A DNA stretch of 64,000 nt, taken from positions 53,880,001 to 53,944,000 of the forward strand of contig CM059432.1 in the NCBI GenBank assembly GCA_030390025.1, given 5' to 3'. This DNA comes from Squalus acanthias. Taxonomy: Eukaryota. Below are positions 62,360 through 64,000 of the stretch, one piece after another; the first letter of the stretch is position 1; the number at the start of each line of letters is the position of its first letter. Below the pieces are notes generated by a model that saw nothing but the letters and a program-made list of their open reading frames with translations, had not been told where the DNA came from and ran no database searches. Made by a program: the position numbers and the translations under genes.

Positions 62360-63275
62360 TTACATTCTTACTGGGTAAAGCAACAATGGGAAGTTTCCTT
62401 CTGTTCACTAGGTGGAGCAAAATCATAAACATAAAGCAAATATCCTCCAATATCATCAATGCACCTGAGCATTTATTTCATGTGTGAAAAATTAGATTAT
62501 CTTTGACTCATCTTATGTATTTATTTATCTTTGACAATGTAAAACTACTGGAAGAATAATACTCCATGCTGTGCTCAGTGCTTTATTGTAAGGTCTAAAG
62601 AGAATGTAGAACCCACAAGGTTTGAACACACATCTGAGCTAAATCTTTCCTTCTGCAATTAATGCTCTTAATTATTTATTAGGTGGGAATAATAGATTGC
62701 AAGGACAGGAAAAAATAAATTGTAAGCAGCACAACGCCCAGTCATTATAACTCATCAAGCAGTTGATGAAGAATATTTACTACCATATAATTGCTTAGTT
62801 TCTATTCCTAATAATACACTATTTTTTTAAAAACTGCATGTTCAACCAATACAAATGTGCCTTAGAATACATTAAATAAACAAATTCAATATCAGGAGAG
62901 GGCCTTCTCTAATTTGTAGCTGAAGAAATCAGATCTATAGTTGGAGATCATACTATCCAAAATTACTTCAATCCTCAAGAATTAAATTAGAGACTGTGGT
63001 GATTATTTTAATATTTGATTAGGGAAGGGATTCCCTCATATCCTTAATGGTAAACTGATAATGTCATTGGCAACTGTATGCAAAAAGAAGGTATATTGGG
63101 AACATATTTTTTGCATGTGTTTATAAACGCTGCATCTTCAATTGATTTCAATTGTAGCTGATTAATTTTGCTGCTACATTTTAGCTGAGAACTATTACCA
63201 TGGAAATAATACAGGTATGGCCATCATTCAAAGCTCAAGAGCCAGAAGAAGAATTGTACACCAATGAAGCACCAC

Positions 63276-64000
63276 GGGGGAAAAATTTGGTTGCTTTGCG
63301 CCTCCTGTTAGCACCCTAAGAGGGGTCTAACGGGGCGCAAAGCAACTGGAGCCCGGGCGTGGCGCCGCCGACACCTCCCGCGAAATTCAGCGGGAGGTTA
63401 GCAGCGGCGGTAACCATGAGCGCCGCGCAGCGCTGTGCTGCCGGCGATGACCTCATCGCCGTGTGCAGTGCCCTGCTCGTGCCCCGGCCATGATCTTCGG
63501 TATCGCCCCCTGACTTACCGCCGGACGCTATGTCCGACGGGGTCAGGGGGGCCTACCTGCGGCCGGGGCGGCGCTAATTAAAGGCGAGGTGCCAGGTGGC
63601 CATTTTTGTTGATGGCCGCCTGCCAGCACCTGCCCCCGTTGCTGACCCCGGCCTCCTCAGCAGCACCCCCCGCGGAGTGCCGGCTGCGCTCTGTGAGCCC
63701 GGCACTCTTCTTGAGTGCCGGGCTCTTTTGCCGGCACTCTGATCCATGGTGGCCCAGCTGGGCCCCAGGTCACGCTGCGCAAAACCCCTCCCATTTAAGA
63801 AGGGGAGGAAGGCCTGCAGTACCGCTGTGCGTGGCGCTGCAGCACATAGCGCCGCGATATTCCCTTGCAGCGCCCCAAGAGGGTGGCGGGCGCTTCCAGT
63901 AGTGCCCCGCTTCCCTCTTGGGGCACTACTGATGAATTTTGGCCGCAGGGTGCTAATTTTTTCGGGGCGCTAAAAGTAGCGCCCTGGTGAAGTTAGCGCC
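63276..64000 (+). mobile_element. GC-rich non-autonomous Harbinger element, continues past the window end
   Basis: First ~90 bp match the reverse complement of the H2 right end (44810-44900). Confidence 0.8.

Overview
Eukaryotic, repeat-dominated DNA, most likely from a cartilaginous fish (inferred only from the repeat families present). No host gene could be identified with confidence. Most of the window is a layered stack of transposable elements: (1) the 3' end of a Gypsy LTR retrotransposon and a 1.36 kb solo LTR; (2) many CR1 LINE copies, including one near-full-length copy with a zinc-finger/SGNH-esterase ORF1; (3) a second non-LTR family with a partner SINE; (4) L2, Deu-type SINE and Penelope-like fragments; (5) a dense set of PIF/Harbinger DNA transposons. 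Three Harbinger elements of about 4 kb carry convergent transposase and Myb/SANT genes, alongside deletion derivatives and MITEs. The most notable observations are an intact three-exon 458-aa Myb/SANT ORF in a Harbinger copy whose transposase is broken, a ~760 bp MITE family that keeps its length, hairpins, splice donors and promoter-like motifs while its sequence diverges, a tRNA-like B-box module at one end of the solo LTR, and a 53-bp template-switch inversion. A few splice-site-bounded candidate exons lie in the repeat-poor islands and are low confidence. All family names come from motif recognition by eye; no database search was run.
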